Origin: Tubiluchus corallicola
Lineage: Eukaryota > Animalia > Priapulida
Assembly: GCA_030141605.1 (NCBI GenBank)
Contig: JAQGDQ010000571.1
Location: forward strand, 1 to 64,000
Length of the DNA: 64,000 nt
Reading direction: 5' to 3'
The notes beneath the pieces were generated by a model, which searched no databases, was not told where the DNA came from, and saw only the letters and a list, made by a program, of their open reading frames with translations. The position numbers and the translations under genes were made by a program. Positions 38,721-51,875 of the stretch are shown here, piece by piece (position 1 is the stretch's first letter; every line of letters starts with the position of its first letter).

Positions 38721-39905
38721 ATAGTTAAAAACGACGCAACTTTATGAAAACAAAAGTTAAAATCATGCCCAAAGGTTTTGACAGGCTGCTGCTGTCATCA
38801 TCGGTGGTAAATTTACAAACATACAACCCATTTGTATAGGCAGAACCTATTATGCACTAATTAAGTAGTTAACAGAAGTCAAATAGGTAATGAATAAGTT
38901 TATTTTCAAACACATAGCTATTTGTTACTGTATCAGTTTCTTTTCTTCAGGTCTGCTTAACCACTGCCTATTTGGCTTTTGTAAATACACAATTAGCGTT
39001 TAAGTTACCCTATCAATTTCTTTACTGGTCTGCTTATTCATTACCTATTTGGCTTCTGTTAACTACTTAATTAGTGCATAATAGGCTCTGCCTATACAAA
39101 CTGGTTGTATGTTTGTAAATTTACCACTGATGATGACAACAGCAGCCCGTTGAAACGTTTGACATCATTTTAACTTTTTAATGTAAAAGTTGTGTTGTTG
39201 TGTTTTAATGAAGTTGTGTTGTTGTGTTTTAATGAAGTTGTGTTGTTGTGTTTTAATGAAGTTGTGTTGTTGTGTTTTAATGAAGTTGTGTTGTTGTGTT
39301 TTAATGAAGTTGTGTTGTTGTGTTTTAATGAAGTTGTGTTGTTGTGTTTTAATGAAGTTGTGTTGTTGTGTTTTAATGAAGTTGTGTTGTTGTGTTTTAA
39401 TGAAGTTGTGTTGTTGTGTTTTAATGAAGTTGTGTTGTTGTGTTTTAATGAAGTTGTGTTGTTGTGTTTTAATGAAGTTGTGTTGTTGTGTTTTAATGAA
39501 GTTGTGTTGTTGTGTTTTAATGAAGTTGTGTTGTTGTGTTTTAATGAAGTTGTGTTGTTGTGTTTTAATGAAGTTGTGTTGTTGTGTTTTAATGAAGTTG
39601 TGTTGTTGTGTTTTAATGAAGTTGTGTTGTTGTGTTTTAATGAAGTTGTGTTGTTGTGTTTTAATGAAGTTGTGTTGTTGTGTTTTAATGAAGTTGTGTT
39701 GTTGTGTTTTAATGAAGTTGTGTTGTTGTGTTTTAATGAAGTTGTGTTGTTGTGTTTTAATGAAGTTGTGTTGTTGTGTTTTAATGAAGTTGTGATGTTG
39801 TGTTTTAATGAAGTTGTGTTGTTGTGTTTTAATGAAGTTGTGTTGTTGTGTTTTAATGAAGTTGTGTTGTTGTGTTTTAATGAAGCTGTGTTGTTTTTGA
39901 CTATA
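38721..39905. mobile_element. Inverted Penelope-like pseudo-LTR pair with hammerhead-type cores
   Basis: 38721-38898 is the reverse complement of 39033-~39195 plus 39883-39905; contains CCA-CTGATGA-TGAC...GTT-GAAACGTT-TG. Confidence 0.65.
39187..39895. repeat. 24-bp minisatellite, about 29 near-perfect copies
   Basis: Unit aagttgtgttgttgtgttttaatg. Confidence 0.99.
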
Positions 39906-41489
39906 GATGTTTTTAAGTGTCTGTAATTGAACTTTACATAACTAGCAACGTGTAGTTTGTTAATTCTAAGCAGTGAAATTTGCTTTATTGGCCTACTAGA
40001 GCTGTACGAGGATAATGAATTATTGCTTAGAAAATATTCAGTTTTATTACCGCCCAGTAAATAGGTTAAGAACAGAACTGTGGTTTTATGATGCCAACTT
40101 GTCATAATAAAGTGAGAATATTGCGTGCTGTGTATTAAATTCTAAAGATTTATTGCCATATATTTGTAAAGCCGTTAAACTCGTAAGAATTGTTCGTGTT
40201 TTTCGCTCGTTGAGCAGCCAGAAAAGCAGAAGCGATGGCAAAAACTTGCGTAAGATGAGATTGAGCGCGCCACAATAATCGCGCGTTTGTCAAATGCGTT
40301 TCCAATAGTTTGCGATGTTTGTGTAGCAGTATGACAGATGCGTTGTCAAATTTACCACTGTGGAAATTTTTTTTATTTATTTTTTATTTATTATTATTAT
40401 CACATTCAGTACTATATAATGACATTAAGCACACAGTGACATCAAAATTATTATATCTACTGTATTAAATTCTTATGTTTCATACACTATCGTTATCGTA
40501 GAAGAATAATTGTACTGCAGTGGGCTAGAGAAGCAAAGGCTTGTATAAGCCCACTGTCATGTGAACTCGGTAAAAAAAGAATGGATGAGTGAACAAAAAA
40601 AGAACTGGGAGAAAGGTTAGATCACACAGGAAGGGTAGAAAGATGTGTTAGTGGAAATGATAGGAAGAAAGATAGTCGATTGTGCTATGTTGACATCAGC
40701 TCTAAAGATTTATCAATGATGCCTTGTTTTGCATAATCTGTACCAGGATTATTGCTGTGGACGTGGTGTGTCGTTTGGAGCAGGCGCATGTTCGCTGCCC
40801 TGCTTGGCCAAGTGTTGGAACATTTGTAATAAGAAAGTAGCCTCACGGATGAAAACTAGTCCTTTTCCACACACGGGCTGCTATTTCTCAGTGCCAAACA
40901 ACTTGTATGGAGTTAAAAATAGCTTAAAAACCATTAACTGACAGCGAGTAAGAGAATCTGCCAGCAACTGCGAAGGCTGTTTGCTATTACCGATATGAAT
41001 CTTTCTCAACCTCGTCCAAGCATGGCAGCATACATGTGCTAACTGCAACTATTCATGCAATCTCAGTAGCACAACGAAAAATAAAGTGACTAGATCACTG
41101 CCCTACAGCTGCAGTCATATCGAATACGGGCTCCTCTTTCGCTGACAGACTACACTACCCGTAAACTGTCATGGTGTGTTCAGAGTTTTCTGTCACGAGT
41201 TTTCAGAAATGCGAAATGCTTGGCGAATTACTGTCGGAATGAAATTGTAAATTTGATGCTTTTGTTTAAATTAGTACGTAGCATTGTACTGTTGTATGTA
41301 TTTTACAGTATATTAGATCATAATCTATTCTATGTATTTCATCTTCAATAGTCACATCACCTGTATATTAATCTCTTCTTCCTGAGACCTTGTTATCAGT
41401 GGTTTCTGTGACCAAAATGTTCATTTGTCTCTTTTTCGAAATAATTCGGTTATAAAAAAGAAAGAAATTGTAAACTCTCTGACAGTTGC

Positions 41490-42720
41490 TGCGAGTTACT
41501 GTCTAGTGTGAACGCCTTGATGAGTTACTCTCGACACTTCTCTCAGCGAATAGAGAAGCGAGTGTCAGAGAAAAGTCTTGGTCTGTAGTCAGAACATGCT
41601 TGCGAGTTACTGTCTAGTGTGAATGCCTCGGTGGGTTACTCTCGACACTTCTCTCAGCGAATAGAGAAGTGAGTGTCAGAGAAAAGTCTTGGTCTGTAGT
41701 CAGAGCATGCTTGCGAGTTACTGTCTAGTGTGAATGCCTCGATGAGTTACTCTCGACACTTCTCTCAGCGAATAGAGAAGCGAGTGTCAGAGAAAAGTTT
41801 TGGTCTGTAGTCAGAACATGCTTGCGAGTTACTGTCTAGTGTGAATGCCTCGGTGGGTTACTCTCGACACTTCTCTCAGCGAATAGAGAAGTGAGTGTCA
41901 GAGAAAAGTTTTGGTCTGTAGTCAGAACATGCTTGCGAGTTACTGTCTAGTGTGAACGCCTCGATGAGTTACTCTCGACACGTCTCTCAGAGAATAGAGA
42001 AGTGAGTGTCAGAGAAAAGTTTTGGTCTGTAGTCAGAACATGCTTGCGAGTTACTGTCTAGTGTGAATGCCTCGGTGAGTTACTCTCGACACTTCTCTCA
42101 GCGAATAGAGAAGTGAGTGTTGGAGAAAAGTCTTGGTCTGTAGTCAGAGCATGCTTGCGAGTTACTGTCTAGTGTGAATGCCTCGATGAGTTACTCTCGA
42201 CACTTCTGTCAGAGAATAGAGAAGTAAGTGTCAGAGAAAAGTTTGGTCTGCAGTCAGAGCATGCTTGCGAGTTACTGTCTAGTGTGAACGCCTCGGTGAG
42301 TTACTCTCGACACTTCTCTCAGCGAATAGAGAAGTGAGTGTCAGAGAAAAGTTTTGGTCTGTACTGAGAGCATGCTTGCGAGTTACTGTCTAGTGTGAAT
42401 GCCTCGATGAGTTACTCTCGACACTTCTCTCAGCGAATAGAGAAGTGAGTGTCAGAGAAAAGTTTTGGTCTGTAGTCAGAACATGCTTGCGAGTTACTGT
42501 CTAGTGTGAACGCCTCGGTGAGTTACTCTCGACACATCTCTCAGCGAATAGAGAAGTGAGTGTTGTAGAAAAGTCTTGGTCTGTAGTCAGAGCATGCTTG
42601 CGAGTTACTGTCTAGTGTGAACGCCTCGGTGAGTTACTCTCGACACTTTTCTGAGCAAATAGACAAGTGAGTGTCAGAGAAAAGTTTTGGTCTGTAGTCA
42701 GAGCATGCTTGTGAGTTACT
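41490..42720. repeat. 111-bp tandem satellite, about 11 copies
   Basis: gcgagttact at 41491, 41602, 41713 and onward; each unit contains the hairpin cacttctct-N8-agagaagtg. Confidence 0.97.
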
Positions 42721-42889
42721 TGGTGAGAAAAATTGGTAGTCTGCACTGTTTGCATGTACAGTCAATAGACTGTACCTGGAATATCTCATTATGGAAAGTT
42801 GTAAATAAACATGGAACTTTAGTACTTAGTGATTGCTTCATAATTTTCATTCGTTTTTGTAAATAACTCCCTCAATTTCGTTTTTCAAG

Positions 42890-43014
42890 GTGATTGGTCA
42901 GTCAGGAGACTGAAATCTGGGAAGAGTCCGGCAGAGGACATGCGACCAAAGACCTTGACGGTGGAAGTCCATTCTAGTAAAGGCAAAGTGTCCGTGTCAG
43001 TTGATGGGACTACG
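42890..43014 (+). CDS. POMGNT1: POMGNT1 stem-domain exon
   Basis: ttcaag|(G)DWSVRRLKSGKSPAEDMRPKTLTVEVHSSKGKVSVSVDGTT|gtatgt; human [20 protein letters not shown]. 125 nt, phase 1/0. Confidence 0.92.
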
Positions 43015-43829
43015 GTATGTTCTTTTATTTTGGTAAAATTTAAACTTGCAAAAGAATCTCGAGTTTGCAGATTTAGGGGTAGGTCTGTATTCCCAGATTC
43101 TCCAAATACTGGGCAATGGCTCTGAATCTGGACAGTTACTGCCCAACACTTATCAGCACTGGAAACAGCTTTTAAACACTTGTAGATTTGCTTACATTTA
43201 TCCATCTATTCACTGTCTGGACAAGTGTTGCTTAAGTTTTGCTAATTCTGACTCCGATCCCTTCGGAGGGTCCCTTATCCACTACTGATCGTTTGAGGAC
43301 GGAAATTGACTTTCTCATTTCCACGTCTCTAGAATTTTCTCTAAAAGTTTCATGCATTTGTTAAATTCCACAGACTCTTACAGCAGTCATTAGAAAGCTG
43401 GTGCATATTGAACTTAATGCAGATTTGCAGACAGGAGGATTTTCCTCAGATGTTCTGAATTTTCAAGTTTGCTTGTTTTATGCGGTTAAATTGTAATCTT
43501 CTTGGAAGCAGCACTATTGGATTAGAAGTTGTGCCTGTGTTAGTTGCAGATGTACGGTGACATTGGCTGTGCGGATTTTATTATTCCCAGCCCGTGTTTA
43601 AAAAACAGTTAGGGTGTGGCACAGTAAAACGAGCATTTATTGTTGCTGTGGCACTTTTGTGGTGCTAAAACAGCATAGGGAATTTTGCTTGAGTAATCAT
43701 AGTAGATCAGAAGCAACAATAGGCCAGCTATTGCACCAGCATGTACAAAAAAATTATGTCATTAATTAGATTGTTAAATATGTTATGATTGTTATACCAT
43801 TGTTATAATTGAAAACCCTTCCTTTGTCT

Positions 43830-43945
43830 TCTCTTTTCTCCCACTCTCTTTCTCTTACTCGCTCTCTCTCTTGTCTCTATTTTTGTCTCTCTTTCTCTTT
43901 TTATGTTTCTCTTGTGTCTCTCTTTCCCTTTCCGCCTACATTTCT

Positions 43946-43989
<44 letters not shown>

Positions 43990-43990
43990 T
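43830..43990. repeat. Pyrimidine-rich/(CT)n tract
   Basis: Direct inspection. Confidence 0.9.
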
Positions 43991-44552
43991 TATCACATAG
44001 GCATTCCTTTTAGACTATCTTTTAGATACTTTTTTAAATTCAGTGTTTGTGGCTGCATTCTGCACGTCTTTCAGAGTTTTTCTAGCTGCACGTTCCATTC
44101 TTCATTTGTTTCTCATTTTTCTTGTTGTTACTTCGTTTTTCTTTTCCTGTCTCTTGCACTTGTGTCTCACTTAGCCATTGTCAATAAAAGCAGTCATATT
44201 TGTTGGGTGAACCATGTACATTGTAATTTATAACTGCACAAGTTAATTACTTGCGTCGTCTTATGGATCTTCTTGGTCGTAAACTATTTCTCCCTGGCAG
44301 CAGTTAAGTTTTCCTGGCAGACGTAACTAACTATAGATTTTTGCATTTGCATCAGCACAATAAATGCCGGAGAACCCAATCATCAGCAGTGCATTCAAAA
44401 ATGTTGATTTTCCCAGATATTTGATTATAGAGTTTGGCTGGATTTCAGGAAGTCACTTAAGATTTCATTGGATTTTCATTTGAGTTAAAACTTCATTATT
44501 TGAAACTGTGTTCATATAAAATTTACAACTGGCAATGTTGTACCATGAATAA

Positions 44553-45023
44553 TAAACCTCGGGTATAAAATACTCGCTTATAAGGCACCACCAACACCGG
44601 TCCCAATTTTTCGTAACGTTTTCCTTATAAAAATCTTCATAAATAAGGTACTCGGATATAACGAACTTTCGGTTATAAGGGACGATATCTTCAGAAATAG
44701 AAACCCAGGTAAATTACCTCGCGTATAAGGGACCCTATTTCAAAGTGAAATTGATCGATTTTTAACCTCAATTTTTCGCAAACTCGGCCTTCGAACAGCT
44801 CGGTTTCCACGGTCACATACGTCTCACATCATTGAAGGAGCTTCCTACATACCGTTTGCACTGAATATGTGGCTATAATCCATAAAAATATGGGTAAAAG
44901 TGCAGAAAAATACAGGTCTATATATAAACTTGGTCTGACTCAACTTTGGCTATAAGGGACATCGGATATAAGGGATGGTTTTTTACTGCCCCGAGGTGTC
45001 CCTTATATCTGAGGTTGACTGTA
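44553..45023. mobile_element. Family F pogo/Tigger-like MITE
   Basis: Ends gaggttgactg-TA; interior matches 31645-31820. Confidence 0.78.
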
Positions 45024-45538
45024 TATACATTACGTATTAGAAAAAGAAAACATGAACATGCATTTAAATTAGTGTTGATATAAGTATAGACACATAATAA
45101 CTGATGCTACTCATATGATGATTATATGATACATATAATATCTGCAGGCAAATTACTCATAGTCTTCATAGAGGATTTTGTCCACAAGTATCTTATAGCA
45201 GACATAAAATATCCATTGCATTTCCTTAAATTTTATACAGGTGGTATTTGTACCGTTAGTGATTAAGACATTCCATAGGCTGGTAGACATCGAGACATCT
45301 TTTTGGTAGACATCGAATAACTAAAACAACTATAGTATATAGTGTCACAAAGCTTACACTGTAGACACCAAGGGTAGAGGTAGTGACTCTGGTATTGATG
45401 TGGCTAAAAAAGCTTGGTTGTTTAAAGGTCTGAAAAAGGAGCGAAAATGTGAAAATTAGGGCAAACTGCACTAAACTAACCTGCATTGGACCAGGCGCAG
45501 GCTCGTGATAATTTGTCATGCTAACTGTGCATCCTGGT

Positions 45539-45812
<274 letters not shown>

Positions 45813-45961
45813 AGCATAATGATCTGCCAAGTACTAAACATGGTCGTGCTCATGGACTTTGATGATTTCATTCAGTCTTGTTCTACATACTCTGCTGTAC
45901 TAGATTTAAACGTTATGACCAATAGTGTTTCTGATTTTCACTTTTTTACATTATTTTGCAG

Positions 45962-46027
45962 ATTTTAGATGATGCGGAACCAAATCACGGCCGAGGAATT
46001 CATGTTCTTGTACTCAACCAGGCTACG
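45962..46027 (+). CDS. POMGNT1: POMGNT1 exon
   Basis: ttgcag|ILDDAEPNHGRGIHVLVLNQAT|gtaagt; human GRGIHVIVLNQAT. 66 nt. Confidence 0.96.
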
Positions 46028-46388
46028 GTAAGTCAGTAGTTACTGTTTGTCTAGTTAACACAGTTTATTTATTACTGGGAATATTTTAAATTACCCAGAA
46101 TGCTGTACGTTCAGAAACAGTTTTTAGATTTGATTCGTAAATCTCATGTTTAATTTCACTATCATTTTATTTTCACCACTTTGAGAGCCTTGCGACGTCT
46201 TCGTAAATGAGAAAGTCATTTATGTTGCTTTGTTCACGGCTTTGCTGCTGAGTGGATTACGAATAGTTTTGCGTGTTAATGATCCAAACTTTGTGCCCTA
46301 TAGAAGCTACATACACATATTGTCAAGAAATTAGCAATAAGAATTTTTAATTGAATGAGTTTGGGATGAGAACTGAAGATTCCAGGAT

Positions 46389-46562
<174 letters not shown>

Positions 46563-47049
46563 CAAATTTGTAAACAGAATAAATTGTATTTAACTAATGC
46601 TTTTTGACCATCGGTCACTCCTGGACTGTGAACAAGTCTTATGCTGTTTTGTATTTCATAACATTTTTTAAGCTAGATCAGAATATTCTCAAACTGCTTA
46701 AGTGGCTCAATGTTGTGACGAAAAAGCAGTTCTCATGCTGCTTTATGTAGGGCTGAATTTATGCTGGAAAGTTTACAGTAAGTGGTGACAAAATTTAGAG
46801 TTGTGTAGCATTTTTAACTATTGAAATACTACATGTACATTAAAATTTGGGACACGAATTTAATTAAGAAATTAGATTAATTTAATTAAGAAAAAACTCG
46901 AGTATGTAGAGAGAGAGAGAGAGAAAAAGAGCGAATGGCAAATTTGTGAACAGAATAAATAGTATTTAACTTTTTGACCATCGGTCACTCCTGGACTGTG
47001 AATGAATTGTAGGCCGTTCTATATATCACAACATGTTTTGTAGCTCAAT

Positions 47050-47320
47050 AAAAATTGTGTAGCACCTGGGAAAATTGTGTAGCACCTGGGAAATTGTGTA
47101 GCACCTCTGAAAATTGCGTAGCACCTGGGATAATAGCGTAGCACCTGGGAAAATTGCGTAGCACCTGGGAAAATTGCATAGCACCTGCGATGACTGCGTA
47201 GCACCTGGGAAAATTGCATAGCACCTGCGATAATTGCGTGGCACCTGGGATAATTGCATAGCACCTGGGAAAATTGCATAGCACCTGGGATAATTGCACA
47301 ACACCTGGGAAAATTGCTCA
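47050..47320. repeat. 20-bp minisatellite, about 13 copies
   Basis: Unit tagcacctgggaaaattgc(a/g). Confidence 0.96.
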
Positions 47321-48184
47321 ACAATCTGCAACATGATGCCAGAAAAATTCTGCCATGTTTACGTAAGACAAAACTGCATACAAGGAAATTCATAACCAGC
47401 GAAATTCTGTAAATAATTGACGTATTTTAGCAAGTCAAAATTGCAGAAATTGAGACAAGCAGGTAGAGCATTATCGTTTGTCTTCACTTCAGAATCTGGT
47501 CCAAGTGGTTAAAACCAGTCTAGAGCAATTTTAAATAAGGATTTGTTGCAAATGGCTTCCTTGAGCAAGAAACCAATCCTTAGGAGAATAATAGTGTGGC
47601 TGCAGGTGTTTGCATTTTCTGGAAAGTTTCTTTCACTTAAAGACCTATATAACTCCAACAGACCTTGAAGTTTTTTAATGCATTATTATGATTACACAGA
47701 GAATTCATAGTTATCCTCACACAAAAGAAACTTATAGAATACATATTTTTTCTCGCGAATTTCAAATACGTGCAATGCCGTAAAGATCGCCTCGTTTTGC
47801 ATCTTTAGTCGAAAGATCAAGAATGACGTACCTAGTGCAGAAAGTGTCTTTGGTTACCGATGTTTTTTACCGATCTTAGATTACGTCATTACGTACTCAT
47901 TACGTCATTTGTCTCGCGCAATGAAATATGGCGGTTCTTGAAATTTAATACCGCGAACAACGAAGTGATAAAAATCAAAAGAAACACGTTTTACAGTAAG
48001 TTTATAATAAAATAAATTAAATATTCGTATTGAGATTAGGATTTTAAGTTATAAAGGCTTATATTATTGTGAGGGCTTTGTTTGACTTTTTACTTGCGTC
48101 ACACACTAACATAACACATTATTAGTTTTGTTGCCATAGTCAAGTCAGTACTGCCATGTTACACCATGTTTTAATTAACCACAG

Positions 48185-48298
48185 GGTAGTGTTATGGCAC
48201 AGCGAACATTTGATACCTACTCGGCACACGAAGACGAAGCAATGGTGCTCTTTCTCAACATGGTGTCTAGCGGACGGATCCTCATCTTTGCCATCAAG
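48185..48298 (+). CDS. POMGNT1: POMGNT1 exon
   Basis: cacag|[38 protein letters not shown]|gtaaca; human [19 protein letters not shown]. 114 nt. Confidence 0.97.
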
Positions 48299-48514
48299 GT
48301 AACAACTAAAACTTAACTGTTTAAGTTCATGATAAACCAAAGCATCACTTAGCGTCTGTGACCAGTGTCTGGAAGCGAGAAAAAGTGAATCTGTTGTCAG
48401 TAGGTGATAAAATTGAAGGACAAGAAAGGGGATACCTGAAAAGTAGGTTTCAGACAAATCGCCTTGAAAAATTATATTACTTCATAGCAATTTTATGCAT
48501 ATATCATAATCGCA

Positions 48515-49060
48515 TTAAAGAAATTTTTGTTTGTTTTCATTTTAAATCTCCAGCAATACTGTCCCGACGGCGCCATTACATGACGTCACTACGCAAATGT
48601 AAATCAGGGAAACAAAAGGCAATTTTAAATTATGTATTACTTAACATTTCACTTACCTGTTGGAAAGACTTATGTAACTAGATTAATAATTTAAAATGTT
48701 CGTGCCAATTGATAAAATGTCACTGACTCACCCTGCAGGGTGCGCCACTCACTAGCCAAAAACGTATTTTTAATCTTATTGACAAGATACAGTATTCTAA
48801 AATTTTACTTACTTACTAATGTGTGTGGTACGAATGCTCTGATTATTTTTTTAAATTTCACCAAATGTTATCTAAACTTATTTGAAATAACCTACCATTT
48901 AAATGGCTGCGCTTAACGGTCATTTGCGGCAGTTTAAATTCACAAGCTTATTAAGCATTACTGCCGATGCAAGCCCTGTATGCAAAAATTCAGTATGTAA
49001 GTGGTATAAAATTTCAAGACAAATGTTTTATGTAAGTGGAGGATTTTCAAGTGCTTTGAA
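48515..49060 (-). mobile_element. Family A copy (near full length)
   Basis: TTAA-AGAAATTT start ... GTGCT-TTGA end; reverse complement of the + copies. Confidence 0.82.
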
Positions 49061-49370
49061 GATTTTCACCACCAACGTTTTGCATGTATTGCTTGAATAT
49101 ACGGGTCCGACTTGCGTACAATTCATCTTACGAACCAATCAGCCGAAATTGATTGTGGTCATAAGTAGACGATTACCCATACTACGCTAAAGATAACGTT
49201 GAATAGTATAAGTGTCCCAGTCTTTTTTGTAAGATACAGCTGCTTGAAATATCTTAAACGGTGTGAATCAGTAAATAGTTGTTTTCCACTGGTTAGCAGT
49301 AATGTTTTAGATTTTTTTTCAATGCACATTTTTCATGGTTTGTTTTTTAGGTTTTTGTTTCGCGTTACTA

Positions 49371-50060
49371 TAGGTTTTACACGTCAAATGTAGACACAGA
49401 AAGTTCAAATGTGACTTAGGAAAGTCAAATGTAGATGCGTTACTTTGAATAAATCGGTAATTTACTCATTTAAGTGCAAATTACAAAAAGATAAACCAAA
49501 GATAGTCATAACCTCTTTCATAACTTTGAAAAATGTGTTGTTATCCTCAAACTAAATCTTTGATAAACCATAACGTTGGCAGAAAAGAGTAAGTCGGTTC
49601 CCACTTCCCAATGAACAGAATCACTAATTAGTTTTTTAAGTAATGCATTAGTACTGCATTAATGAATTAGTTTCTCTCAAGAAACATTGTTTATTTTAAG
49701 AATGTATTGTTTTCTTTAACAGATCCAGTGGCGTGTAAAGTTTGTAGAATATTAGTGAACTATTAGTAGACCTATAAAGTTATTATTTTCACAGTCTTAA
49801 GAGCAAGTATTATTTGAAATTAAAGAAGATCATATTTAACATCCTTGAGTTTTACCATCTATCCACATTTGAAATACGAATGTCACATTTGACTTGACAT
49901 GTGTCTACATTTGACTTACCAAAAACGCTTTAGATTTGTTGAAAATCATTGTTAACACGTTTGAACTACCTAAGTCTACCTTTGAATTACCAAGACACAT
50001 TTGAATTACCTAAATCTACATTTGACTTAACGTAGGTCTACATTTGACATGTAAAATCTA
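49371..50060. mobile_element. TA-flanked MITE nested in a family D copy
   Basis: TIR TAGGTTTTACACGTCAAATGTAGAC / GTCTACATTTGACATGTAAAATCTA; host repeat resumes at 50063; subterminal caaatgt repeats. Confidence 0.85.
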
Positions 50061-50518
50061 TAAACTATCGCATAACTATCAATTATCGTATATCTTATTT
50101 TTTTGTACAGTATGAACGTATGTTCTGATAATTATGGTATAGCGACAACACTACTCAGCCATTAATATGCTGATTTGGTAGAAAATACGATACTTCTTAG
50201 CCTCTAATATGATAATTAATATCATACAAAAAATGGCAACCCTAGCCCCAAGAGTTAGACAAAGCAAAACTTGGGTGCATCCTCGCTGAAACAACAATAT
50301 TATAATAATTATTGCATTTTACATTTTAAATTGAAGTATATTGAATGTACAGAGAAATCACAAAACTCTTGGCCCGGTGTGCGATAAAAAAAAACTACCA
50401 GTATGATTAGATGGAATCAGAAGTATTTTTGTTGTCGACCGATTCGAAATCATAAATCCATGTTTTCTACAGGAAGGGGCTTGTTATTTGTCTCAGTAGC
50501 TGTTAGGACTCTTTGCTG

Positions 50519-50611
50519 ATACAGTAGGCTCACGATTAATAGGTTCAGTCGGTTAATTGGGTCGAAACACTTCGGTCCCAAAGTGAGTCTATTAAGCGGC
50601 GCCTTCTTGTA
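50519..50611. mobile_element. Tiny Tigger-like MITE
   Basis: TA-CAGTAGGCTCACGATTAATAG ... CTATTAAGCGGCGCCTTCTTG-TA, imperfect TIRs. Confidence 0.45.
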
Positions 50612-51190
50612 CTAGTAAAACCACGAAAAGACTATGGAACAGTAACATGAAATCTGTATCGTTTTACGAAGTTCTGCTCTTTAATAATTGATAAATAGTT
50701 TTCCTCCATTTGGCACAGCACTTGGGCGTTTTATTGTTTTTGCCTTTAATAATTGATCTAGTTATTAAGAAAACTGTCAGCATAGATAAAGCTTGCTAAC
50801 AGCATTTAGAAATGATGCAACAAGACGGCGTAGCATTTTAGCTACGAATACTAAATGTTAGGTTCCACTTTTCAAATGTCAGAATTTATTGCACACATTT
50901 TTTACTAAAATGACTGACAGTATATGAGTGCTAGTTGACAGCGTCAGTTACAGTGACGACATTATGTTATTGTTGGTGACGGGATACAATGGACAGACTT
51001 TTTTCTTTTTTCATTACTTTTAAAGAGAAGTGAGTGCTATTCCTTCTTCTTCTTTTGTTACTCTAAACATCTATTGTAGACATTGGACCTCTGTTCTTTA
51101 GACTCGTAGTTAAGGTAGTTGGGTGCTGCTTCAGAAAATTTTTTGCTTGTTTTAATACTGTGTAAAACGAAACAAACATATGTAATTTGT

Positions 51191-51847
51191 GTGCTTGCAT
51201 AGCAAAATCGTCCATAAGTCGGCAAATAAGTTTTTCTAGTTATTTACCTATCCTAAATCTCCATTTCATGAGGATTATTTTGATACCAAGTTCATCACTC
51301 TATGTTATTATTAAGCTGAGATAATCTACATTAAGTTTGAGGTGCAGGCTATACACTGAAAAATGTAACGTTGTGAAAGGCGGTGTTAAAGTTAGCCATT
51401 GTTTTTTGTCACGTTTCTACAAAAACACTTAGCAACCGCACAGCTATTGGTTGCTACAGACTTTGCAAGAACACATTGATGTTATGTTTAAATCCAGTAG
51501 ACGGCTCTTCCTGACAAAGAACCGAGCTTGCCAAAAGAAAAAACCTGAAGGAAAATGATTGCTTCCACGAGCTACTATAGGAGAGTTTGAAAATACAAGT
51601 TTTTTACAATTGCATTACTAGTTTCTAATCAGAAAAGTGTGAAGGGGTAATAAAATTAGATTTTTAGTGTTTTTAAATATTTTCGTGATAATTTGATACT
51701 AGAATATAAAAATCCAATATGTTTAGCTTTTGTTTTTATAAAAAAGTAAAAAAATTATATTTGATCAAATGGTGCATTCTACTTTGAAGCGTCATAATGC
51801 AGTTTTAAGCATGCCAACTTATGGACAGTTTTGGTTTGCAATCGCAC
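51191..51847 (+). mobile_element. ~650-bp MITE (family G), copy 1
   Basis: TIR GTGCTTGCATAGCAAAATCGTCCATAAGTCGGCA / TGCCAACTTATGGACAGTTTTGGTTTGCAATCGCAC. Confidence 0.85.
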
Positions 51848-51875
51848 ATTTTATTATCTGACATTGTTTTCACAG

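Noticed and set aside
39170-40105. 311-aa ORF (SLKHNNTT)n and overlapping + strand ORFs
   Set aside because: Produced by the 24-bp minisatellite; open in several frames and strands, inside a POMGNT1 intron.
41490-42720. CRISPR-like appearance (repeats with hairpins)
   Set aside because: Whole units repeat head-to-tail with no unique spacers; eukaryotic intron with no cas genes.
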